This document shows positions 51,814 to 59,814 of a stretch of DNA of 64,000 nt, piece after piece (the first letter of the stretch is position 1; the number at the start of each line of letters is the position of its first letter). A program made the position numbers and the translations under genes. The DNA comes from an uncultured Nitrososphaerota archaeon. GTDB taxonomy: Archaea > Thermoproteota > Nitrososphaeria > Nitrososphaerales > CADDZS01. The stretch lies in assembly GCA_963799845.1 (NCBI GenBank), contig CAWCYI010000004.1, positions 96,001 to 160,000 of the forward strand, read 5' to 3'. Below the pieces are notes generated by a model that was not told the DNA's origin, made no database searches, and saw only the letters and a program-made list of their open reading frames with translations.

Positions 51814-52725
51814 GTGTCAGAGCTCCGAAAAATTTCGGTAATAGGTTTCGGGCTGATGGGAGCCCAGATAAGCCAGGTTCTATCTCTCGCCGGATACGAT
51901 GTAACTGCTTACGACATTGACGATAACAGGCTCCGCATTGGCGTCAGTTTAATCAAATCAGGAAAGTACGGTCTTGAAAATTCAGTAAAAAGCGGCAGAA
52001 TTTCGAGCGATGATGCAAACAGTGCTCTCTCGAGGATCGCGACTACCACCTCTCTCGAAAAAGCCCTTGATCACGCTCAATTTGTTCTTGAAGCCGCGGT
52101 TGAAGAACTCAAAACTAAACAGAAGATCTTCAAGGAGGCGGCGCGGCGAGCTGATGGGGATGCAGTACTTGCCACGAACACCTCCACGATCGGCATTGGA
52201 CGAATCGGCCAGAGTCTACAGCCAAAAGACCGGGAGCGTCTCGCGGGAATGCACTTTTTCAATCCGCCGCAGGTGATGAAGCTCGTGGAGGTGGTAAGGA
52301 CGAAAAGAACCTCACCGGCAATTATTTCCAGGATTGAAAAGGTCTCGAAAACTCTTGGCAAGATTCCCATAATCGTTTTGGATTATCCCGGATTTGTTGC
52401 AAACAGAATCGGAATAACTGTCTTTTCAGAAACGAGCGCGCTTCTGGAAAAAGGGATCGCAAACGTTCGGGATATCGACCTTAGCATGAGACTCGGCTAC
52501 GGCTATCCTCTGGGTCCATTCGAGTTAGGCGATCTCGTCGGATTGGATGCGAGATTGCGAAACATGAGTTCTCTTTACAAGGAGACCAGAGACGAAAGGT
52601 TTCGTCCTCCCAGGATCCTGCGTCGCCTAGTTGCGGAAGGTTATCTTGGGAATCCAAAAGTCAAGCCCGGGAGCAGGGGAGGTTACTACGAATACTTCGG
52701 ACTGAAACGGCCCTCGGAGATGTAA
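51814..52725 (+). CDS. 3-hydroxyacyl-CoA dehydrogenase (PaaH-like); start uncertain
   Basis: GFGLMG, ATNTST, GMHFFNP, GFVANR and YPLGPFELGDLVGLD motifs. Confidence 0.92.
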   Translation: MSELRKISVIGFGLMGAQISQVLSLAGYDVTAYDIDDNRLRIGVSLIKSGKYGLENSVKSGRISSDDANSALSRIATTTSLEKALDHAQFVLEAAVEELKTKQKIFKEAARRADGDAVLATNTSTIGIGRIGQSLQPKDRERLAGMHFFNPPQVMKLVEVVRTKRTSPAIISRIEKVSKTLGKIPIIVLDYPGFVANRIGITVFSETSALLEKGIANVRDIDLSMRLGYGYPLGPFELGDLVGLDARLRNMSSLYKETRDERFRPPRILRRLVAEGYLGNPKVKPGSRGGYYEYFGLKRPSEM

Positions 52726-52730
52726 CGCTA

Positions 52731-53897
52731 ATACTAGAGTCAGTTCGCGTCCTCGAAGTGAGCCATGCAGTCGCGGGCCCAACTGCAGCGCAGGTATTGG
52801 GAGATTACGGAGCAGAAATAATAAAGATCGAGAGGCCGGGCAGCGGAGATATTTTTCGCGATGTACCCGGAATGGGACCGACGATGTTTCTCGCGGTCAA
52901 CAGGGGAAAGAAAAGTGTCGCAATTGACCTGAAGACGCGCAAGGGATTATCACTGTTTTACGATCTCGTCAGCAAGAGCGATGTAGTAATCGAAAATCTC
53001 GGCCCCGGCGTCGCCGAGAATCTGGGCATAACTTACAGAAAAATCAAAGGGTCTAATTCCAAGGTGATCTACTGCAAGATTGAAAGTTTCGGTTCGGGGC
53101 CGTACGAAAAAATCCCCGCGTTCGATCCAGTCTTGCAGGCAGCGGTCGGGATAATGTCGACTACGGGATTTCCCCCTGACCGGTATGTCAGGGCCGGGGT
53201 ATCGCTGGTTGACATGAGCACCGGTCTCCAGGCAGCCTCAGCGATACTCGCACTCTTATTACAAAGGAAGGAAACCGGAAAAGGTGCCGAGCTGAAGGTT
53301 TCGCTCTATGATGCCGCGTCCTACTTCATGTCGTACTGGGTTGCAATGTACGATCTCTTTGGGAAAGATACCGTTCCGCTCGGATCGGGTCACATTTTCG
53401 GCGCCCCCTACAATCTCTTCAGGACGAAAGACGGCTTAGTTTACGTCGCGATAGCAAACGACAGCGCATGGGAATCTTTTTGCAGGGCACTTAGATTTCG
53501 TGAGCTGCTTTCAGACGGGAAATTCCGCTACGCTGAAGATCGTGTAAGGAACAAGAAGCAGCTCGAAGAAGTGGTGGCACAGAAGCTATCTAAACTCAAA
53601 TTTTCTGAAATCGAAGTTGCCCTCAAGGACGCTGCAGTACCGTTTGGGAAATTCAATACCGTCGCCTCGCTGTTGAAAGATCCCCACTTTCTTGGAAGGG
53701 GCATACTGAAGGAGTACAATTACGGCAAGAAGAAATATCGAACAATTGTCAATCCAGTGTTAGTTAACAGTTCCCGCCCCTTCGCAAAAGATTCCCCGGA
53801 AGCAGTTGGGGCGAATACTGAAAGTGTTCTCAGTGACATACTCGGAATCAAGGCTCACGACCTCGAGCGCTTGAAGCGCGAAAGAGTCATCGCGTAA
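52731..53897 (+). CDS. Family III (CaiB/BaiF) CoA-transferase (putative ATA start at 52731)
   Basis: ILESVRVLEVSHAVAGP..GAEIIKIE, NRGKKS and catalytic VDMSTG. Confidence 0.92.
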   Translation: MLESVRVLEVSHAVAGPTAAQVLGDYGAEIIKIERPGSGDIFRDVPGMGPTMFLAVNRGKKSVAIDLKTRKGLSLFYDLVSKSDVVIENLGPGVAENLGITYRKIKGSNSKVIYCKIESFGSGPYEKIPAFDPVLQAAVGIMSTTGFPPDRYVRAGVSLVDMSTGLQAASAILALLLQRKETGKGAELKVSLYDAASYFMSYWVAMYDLFGKDTVPLGSGHIFGAPYNLFRTKDGLVYVAIANDSAWESFCRALRFRELLSDGKFRYAEDRVRNKKQLEEVVAQKLSKLKFSEIEVALKDAAVPFGKFNTVASLLKDPHFLGRGILKEYNYGKKKYRTIVNPVLVNSSRPFAKDSPEAVGANTESVLSDILGIKAHDLERLKRERVIA

Positions 53898-53963
53898 TCC
53901 TTCTGTTTCCTGACATCTCCCTTAAATGAGACAGATCGCAAAAACTGCACCAGTTGGGAATTT

Positions 53964-54653
53964 TTGTCGTCTCAAGATGAAACTATTCTTGCACAGGAGC
54001 AGAGCGTGCTGAGAAAAGACAGTTCGGGGAAAAAGATCGACGGGACTCTTATTTTGACGGATCGGCGCCTTTTGTTTGTCGAAGCAAACAAGGAAGAAAA
54101 TCTGACTGGTGAGGTTGGAAATCGATCGGCAACTTTGCGGTTTGCAGATGTCGAGGATCTGAAGGATCTGCCGTCAGAACAGTACAATCTCTCAATCCCC
54201 CTTGACTCCGTGACTTCGGTATCCGGTTCTGAAGGAATTTTTCATACTCCCGAGTTGAAGGTGACGTGGAAAACGGACTCTGGTGTCAAAAGCGAAGAGT
54301 TCACCGAAGACATAATCGGCGGAAGGAAAAAGGATCTCAAGGACTGGGCGAAGGTCATCCAATCACTAAAGTCTGGCAAGATAATGATTCAGAGACTGCC
54401 CAATCCACCTCCGAGCATCGACTCTCTGGAAGGAAAAATACTCCACATGTTGGGAGACATGCAGGAAAAGGGGACCTTTGAGATTGAAGAAGAAGTAGAA
54501 TCGGAGTTCAAGTTGGATCTCGATATCGACCTGGTCGAGGAAGCCTGCGAGAAACTCGCGTCGCTCGGCCTAGTTGACAAAAATCCAGATTCGAGTGGTG
54601 ACGTCTTCTACCGGAAACGCTCCCCCCTCGGTGAGGACGATCTTTCCAGCTAA
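53964..54653 (+). CDS. Hypothetical protein with PH/GRAM-like N-terminus and winged-helix-like C-terminus
   Basis: GTLILTDRRLLF..SIPLDSV; C-terminal ILHML..EIEEEV..VEEACEKLASLGLV. Confidence 0.6.
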   Translation: MSSQDETILAQEQSVLRKDSSGKKIDGTLILTDRRLLFVEANKEENLTGEVGNRSATLRFADVEDLKDLPSEQYNLSIPLDSVTSVSGSEGIFHTPELKVTWKTDSGVKSEEFTEDIIGGRKKDLKDWAKVIQSLKSGKIMIQRLPNPPPSIDSLEGKILHMLGDMQEKGTFEIEEEVESEFKLDLDIDLVEEACEKLASLGLVDKNPDSSGDVFYRKRSPLGEDDLSS

Positions 54654-54666
54654 GAAGGATTCTCCC

Positions 54667-55449
54667 GTGTCACAAAAGGAATTCTCGAACATCAACACCG
54701 CGGTCGAGGAAGACGTTGGCCTGATATTCCTGAATCGCCCGGGTGCTCTAAATGCGCTGTCGTCCGGGTTGATGAGCGAACTCGTGGAAGCGCTGAAATG
54801 GTTTGAAGCTAATGGTGCAATTAGATGCCTCGTAATAACTGGAAGCGAAAAGGTGTTTTCAGCCGGTGCGGACATCAAGGAGATGTCGGCGTGGACTTCA
54901 GCGGAGGCATTGAAGCAGGCAAATCTGGAACGGTTTGACGTTGTAAAGAAAATTTCAAAGCCCATCATAGCGGCAATAAGTGGATACGCGCTCGGCGGTG
55001 GGCTGGAGCTCGCGATGGCGTGCGACATCATAGTTGCCGCAGAGGGTACGAAGCTGGGTCAGCCTGAAATAAACATTGGAGTCTACCCAGGGGCCGGCGG
55101 AACGCAGAGGCTGACGAGAGCCGTTGGAAAGTACAAGGCGATGGAAATGATTCTGACCGGAGTTCCCATCGGCGCGAGGGAGGCGCTCGCCCGCGGGCTC
55201 GTGAGCCGGGTCGTTCCAAACGAGCTGTATCTGACTGAGGCAAAGAAGCTCGCGCACGAGATTGCACAAAAGTCTCCCCTGGCTGTAAGCATCGCCAAGG
55301 AATGCATCCTCAAAGCGCACGAGACTACGCTGACGGAAGGGCTCGCGTTTGAGCGGCGGAACTTCTACCTTATGATGTCGAGCGAAGACAAGCAGGAAGG
55401 TATGAAGGCCTTCCTCGAGAAGAGAAAGCCGAACTACAGAGGAAAGTAG
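54667..55449 (+). CDS. Enoyl-CoA hydratase (PaaF-like)
   Basis: FSAGADIKEM, GGGLELAMACD and GQPEINIG..PGAGGTQRL (both catalytic Glu). Confidence 0.92.
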   Translation: MSQKEFSNINTAVEEDVGLIFLNRPGALNALSSGLMSELVEALKWFEANGAIRCLVITGSEKVFSAGADIKEMSAWTSAEALKQANLERFDVVKKISKPIIAAISGYALGGGLELAMACDIIVAAEGTKLGQPEINIGVYPGAGGTQRLTRAVGKYKAMEMILTGVPIGAREALARGLVSRVVPNELYLTEAKKLAHEIAQKSPLAVSIAKECILKAHETTLTEGLAFERRNFYLMMSSEDKQEGMKAFLEKRKPNYRGK

Positions 55450-55451
55450 TC

Positions 55452-56243
55452 TTGAGCTCCCCGGAGTCGATCCTCGTTAGGAAGGAAAACGGCGTAGCGT
55501 GGGTAACCCTGAACCGTCCTGAAGTTCTGAACGCATGCGACATTCCAACGTTGAAAAAGCTGGGTGCCGCTCTAAAAGAAATCGAGGCCGATCAATCGAT
55601 CAGATGCGTTGTGATTACTGGAAGCGGGCGAGCGTTCTGCGCTGGCGCCGATCTTCAGGCGATCAAGCACAGAACTACGAATGAAAAAATCTCGCTCGAC
55701 GACGATCTGAGGCAAGGATTCAACCCCATCGTATCGCGGATTTTCAACATGGACAAGCCCGTCATCGCTATGGTCAATGGAGTCGCGGCCGGCGCTGGAA
55801 TGGCAATCGCGTTTGCCTGCGATCTCAGGATAATGAGCGAAGGTGCAAGGTTTGTAGAGGCGTTCGCGAAGGTGGGACTCGTGCCCGACTCCGGCGCCAC
55901 ATACACGATGCCGCGTCTTCTGGGGTTAACGAAGGCGATGGAGCTCGGATTCTCAGGCGAGGGAATTGACCCGAAGGAGGCTGAAAGACTGGGAGTTGTT
56001 ACAAAAGTTGTCGCGCAAGATAAACTTGAAATTGAGACCCGAACTCTCGCGGAGAAACTTGCGCACGGCCCCAAGGGTCTGGGGCTGACAAAGCGCGCGA
56101 TTCACAGGGCACTTTCCCTTGATTTTGATGCCGCGTTAGAGTATGAAGCCGAGATGCAGGCGATCGCGGGATCGAGCGAAGATCACGAGGAAGGAGTTAG
56201 AGCATTCGCCGAAAAGAGAAATCCGAACTTTCGCGGAAGCTAA
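55452..56243 (+). CDS. Enoyl-CoA hydratase/isomerase (PaaG-like)
   Basis: FCAGADL, GVAAGAG and AFAKVGLVPDSG (single catalytic Asp pattern of PaaG). Confidence 0.88.
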   Translation: MSSPESILVRKENGVAWVTLNRPEVLNACDIPTLKKLGAALKEIEADQSIRCVVITGSGRAFCAGADLQAIKHRTTNEKISLDDDLRQGFNPIVSRIFNMDKPVIAMVNGVAAGAGMAIAFACDLRIMSEGARFVEAFAKVGLVPDSGATYTMPRLLGLTKAMELGFSGEGIDPKEAERLGVVTKVVAQDKLEIETRTLAEKLAHGPKGLGLTKRAIHRALSLDFDAALEYEAEMQAIAGSSEDHEEGVRAFAEKRNPNFRGS

Positions 56244-56471
56244 AAGTTTCGTCCAATTCGTTCTGAGCTCTCTAAGCCCCGTTTCAGCTCGTTTCGAGCT
56301 CTTCTGAGTTAACAGAGCTTGAAAGTCAGCTCTTCGGCCAAAAAGCATGCACGTGTGTGAAGCAGAAAAATTTTTGGAACTGTCAAGTCTTCGTCAATTT
56401 TGCACGAATTTCTTAATGAATCAATGGGAATTCCAATATAAAGAACGATTAAGAATAAATCCTCGTAAACT
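56241..56471. repeat. Dispersed non-coding element, copy 2
   Basis: Reverse complement of 28983-29180, with an extra ~33-nt spacer (56376-56408). Confidence 0.9.
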
Positions 56472-56731
56472 GCCTGAAACTGCTGTCATTAGCTTATTTT
56501 TTGCTGCATTGATCTTTCTACCATTCGGCTTCCTTCTCCTTTTCTGTGACTTGGTGCTGTAGTGCGAGGAGTAAGGCGTAAGGACACCTCGAATATCAAA
56601 GCGGAGCTTTCAATCAAGGTATTTCATTCCTCTTTTCACGTTCCAGAGATTCGAAAAATAATTCCTGGTATTTGGAATCAGGATTTAAATCAGAAAACGC
56701 TTTTATCCGATATCGGCGATTTCAGCGCTAA

Positions 56732-57742
56732 ATGTCAGAGAATCCGGATTACTCCAAGGATCCGCCAGCGATTGAACTTCCCAACATCTACCCGGTAGAG
56801 TGGACGGTCGATACACCGAAGCTGGGAGACCTCTATGAGAGGGCAAAGAAGGAAGCCTGGAACCCATCCTCGATCAACTGGGAATCCGTCAATCCAAAAG
56901 AGTACGACGAGAAGCAAAGGACCGCGATGGCGTACTGGTGGGCGCTGCTTGCTAACTTTGAAAATTCGGGGCCGCCGGTTTTTGCAAAGGCGATGATACA
57001 CACTTTCGAGATTCACGAGCAGGATCCCGTGAAAAAGATGTTTGCGTCGATAGTGATGGACGAGTGCCGACACGACGAATGCTGCATGAGGGCTTGCAAT
57101 AGGGTGTGCCCCAACTTTCTCCAGGGCTGGAAGCCTAAGAATAATTTTGACGAGGACGCGCTTCGAAACATAAAGTGGGTCTACTACAACGGCGCGAGGT
57201 ACTGGCGCGGTTACAGCACCGCGTACATGAAACACTCATGGCCGGTCATTTTTTCATCGTTCATGCTCGGTGAGCGGTGCGCGGCGACGCTGTTCAGCGA
57301 GATGAGCAAGCACTCGACACATCCTGCTTTTACGGAGGCATTGAAGAACATTGCAAAGGACGAATCGCGCCACCTCGCGTTCACGTGGCTGGGGCTTGAA
57401 AGCGTCGCAGCAAAATTAACGGAGGAAGACAAGAGGACCGTGACAAAGCAGCTTCGCGCCGGTTTCACCTTTCTCTCGATGATACTTTACGAGCCCCCAA
57501 AGGAATTCTGGAAGCTCCCTCCGAACTTCCTCGACGTGCAAAACAGGATGGAGGAGATCGCCCGCGGTGCGGGGCTGGGGGTGCTGTCGCTGAATGAAAA
57601 GCGGCAGTGCTGGAAAAATGCGATTTTAGAGGTTAAGCGGCGGATGGACGACTTTGGAATCGAGTTCCCGGCACTCCCCGAAATTGGGATTACCGGAAAG
57701 GAAGTTGAGTTTGACGAAAACTCGATGATGCCGACGTTCTAG
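56732..57742 (+). CDS. Ferritin-like diiron-carboxylate protein (putative oxygenase)
   Basis: Ligand pattern NFE..DECRH..LGE..DESRH (E, ExxH, E, ExxH); LYERAK..WNP..INW N-terminal motif. Confidence 0.8.
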   Translation: MSENPDYSKDPPAIELPNIYPVEWTVDTPKLGDLYERAKKEAWNPSSINWESVNPKEYDEKQRTAMAYWWALLANFENSGPPVFAKAMIHTFEIHEQDPVKKMFASIVMDECRHDECCMRACNRVCPNFLQGWKPKNNFDEDALRNIKWVYYNGARYWRGYSTAYMKHSWPVIFSSFMLGERCAATLFSEMSKHSTHPAFTEALKNIAKDESRHLAFTWLGLESVAAKLTEEDKRTVTKQLRAGFTFLSMILYEPPKEFWKLPPNFLDVQNRMEEIARGAGLGVLSLNEKRQCWKNAILEVKRRMDDFGIEFPALPEIGITGKEVEFDENSMMPTF

Positions 57743-57751
57743 CGGAAGAAT

Positions 57752-58960
57752 ATGCCGAAAATGCTTGAAGAGGCTGTCATCGTTGACAGCGTTCGTACTC
57801 CGATCGGGAAGTATGGCGGAGTACTTTCTTCAGCCCGGCCGGATGACCTCGCCGCGCTCGTGATCAGGACTCTAGTCGAACGCAACAAGATCGATTCAAG
57901 CCAGATAGAGGATGTGATCTTCGGCGACGCAAATCAGTCCGGCGAGGATAATCGAAACGTCGCACGGATGGCTTTGCTCATAGCTGGGCTTCCGATCAAG
58001 GTAGCAGGCACGACCGTGAACCGATTGTGCGGCTCGGGGCTTGAGGCGATAAACCAGGCGGCGAATTCGATTATGGTCGGTAACGGCGGGATTTACATCG
58101 CCGGCGGGGTGGAGAGCATGAGCCGCGCTCCATTGGTACTCCCAAAGAGTTCTAAGCCGTTTTCCAGAGAAACCGAACTCTACGATTCGACGTTAGGCTG
58201 GAGATTGGTCAACCCGAAACTAGCGGAAAAGTTCTATCCCTACAGCATGGGGCAGACCGCGGAGAACCTCGCGCAGAGGTACTCGATACCGAGGGATGAG
58301 CAGGACAGGTTTGCGCTGAGAAGTCACGAGCGGGCGGTTAGGGCGACGAACGGCGGGACTTTCAGGGAGGAAATAATTCCCGTGCCCGTTATCGATTCCT
58401 CGGGAAAAGGATCTCTGGTGGAGAAGGATGAAGGGCCGAGGGCGGACACGTCCTTGGAAAAACTTTCTCTGCTAAAACCGGTGTTTCGCGTGAACGGAAC
58501 GGTTACGGCCGGCAATTCGAGCGGGATTAATGACGGCGCGGCCGGGGTGCTGATCATGAACGAGAAGAGGGCGACCAAGCTCGGGTTAACACCAAAAGCA
58601 CGGATTATTTCGACTGCCGTCGCAGGTGTACACCCGAAGTACATGGGGCTGGGACCTGTCCCGGCTTCCAAGAAGGCTCTCCGACGGGCGAAGATGGATC
58701 TCGATCAGATCGATCTCGTCGAGATCAACGAAGCATTCGCGGCGCAGGTGCTTTCGTGCCTGAAATTCATGGATTTTGACAAGGGCAGGATGAACGTGAA
58801 CGGCGGGGCGGTAGCCCTTGGCCATCCGATCGGCTGTTCTGGGGCTAGGATAATGACGACGCTTCTACACGAGATGGAAAGACGAAAGTCTCATCTCGGG
58901 CTCGCGACGGCGTGTATCGGTGTTGGCCAGGGCATCGCGACAATAGTCGAGAGAGTTTAG
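57752..58960 (+). CDS. Thiolase (PaaJ/PcaF-like)
   Basis: ANQSGEDNRNVARM, NRLCGSG, NEAFA, GHPIG and CIGVGQG motifs. Confidence 0.93.
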   Translation: MPKMLEEAVIVDSVRTPIGKYGGVLSSARPDDLAALVIRTLVERNKIDSSQIEDVIFGDANQSGEDNRNVARMALLIAGLPIKVAGTTVNRLCGSGLEAINQAANSIMVGNGGIYIAGGVESMSRAPLVLPKSSKPFSRETELYDSTLGWRLVNPKLAEKFYPYSMGQTAENLAQRYSIPRDEQDRFALRSHERAVRATNGGTFREEIIPVPVIDSSGKGSLVEKDEGPRADTSLEKLSLLKPVFRVNGTVTAGNSSGINDGAAGVLIMNEKRATKLGLTPKARIISTAVAGVHPKYMGLGPVPASKKALRRAKMDLDQIDLVEINEAFAAQVLSCLKFMDFDKGRMNVNGGAVALGHPIGCSGARIMTTLLHEMERRKSHLGLATACIGVGQGIATIVERV

Positions 58961-58968
58961 GGCATCAG

Positions 58969-59814
58969 TTGGGGAAAGCTATCGACATCCACGTCCATCC
59001 GTGGACGAGGGAGTTTATGGAGAAAAACAAGTGCATCAGGTACGCGATTGAATTTTTCAAGATTCCTCCAGAAAAGCTTCCGAAATCTATCGATGATCTG
59101 GTAGCCGACATGGACGAAGCGGGAGTGGAAACAAGTGTGATCCTGGGTCAGGATGTCAGGAGCTCCTCAAAGCCCGAATTCAGGAACTACACTTTACCAA
59201 ACGAGGAGCTGAAGAAAATCGTTGATAGACATCCAGACAGGTTCGTAGCATTCGGCAGCGTTGATCCTAGAAAGGATGACGCGCCTGCAAAACTGAAGAC
59301 GATGGCTCTGGATTACGGCTTCAAGGGTCTCAAGATTCATTGCGATGCCTCTGAAATATTTCCCAACGATCGCGCGCTCTATCCGATCTACGAAAAGTGC
59401 GTCGAGTACGGTCTCGTGGTCTTGCACCATACCGGCACGACGGGCCTCGGTTACTGCAAGATAAAGTTCGGAAGGCCCTTGGATCTCGATGACGTGGCGC
59501 AGGACTTTCCAGATCTGAAACTGGTTTGCGCGCACTTTGGATGGCCGTGGATGGAGGAGTGTTTTGCAGTCGCCACGAGAAATCGGAACGTGTACGTCGA
59601 CATTTCCGGCTGGCTCGCGCGGTATTTCCCGCCGTTACTCATCACCTATATGGACGGCCTCCTGAAAGAGAGGATGCTATTCGGGACTGATTACCCAATG
59701 ATCAGGACGCCAGCTTGGATGAAAGACTTTGACGAGTACTGTCGACCAAAATTGAAGAGCGGCGTTTCGGAGAAAGTCCTCTATGAGAACGCTAGAAATC
59801 TTCTGAATCTCTAG
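58969..59814 (+). CDS. Amidohydrolase_2 family metalloenzyme
   Basis: IDIHVH, GLKIH, HTG, AHFGWPW and LFGTDYP motifs. Confidence 0.9.
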   Translation: MGKAIDIHVHPWTREFMEKNKCIRYAIEFFKIPPEKLPKSIDDLVADMDEAGVETSVILGQDVRSSSKPEFRNYTLPNEELKKIVDRHPDRFVAFGSVDPRKDDAPAKLKTMALDYGFKGLKIHCDASEIFPNDRALYPIYEKCVEYGLVVLHHTGTTGLGYCKIKFGRPLDLDDVAQDFPDLKLVCAHFGWPWMEECFAVATRNRNVYVDISGWLARYFPPLLITYMDGLLKERMLFGTDYPMIRTPAWMKDFDEYCRPKLKSGVSEKVLYENARNLLNL

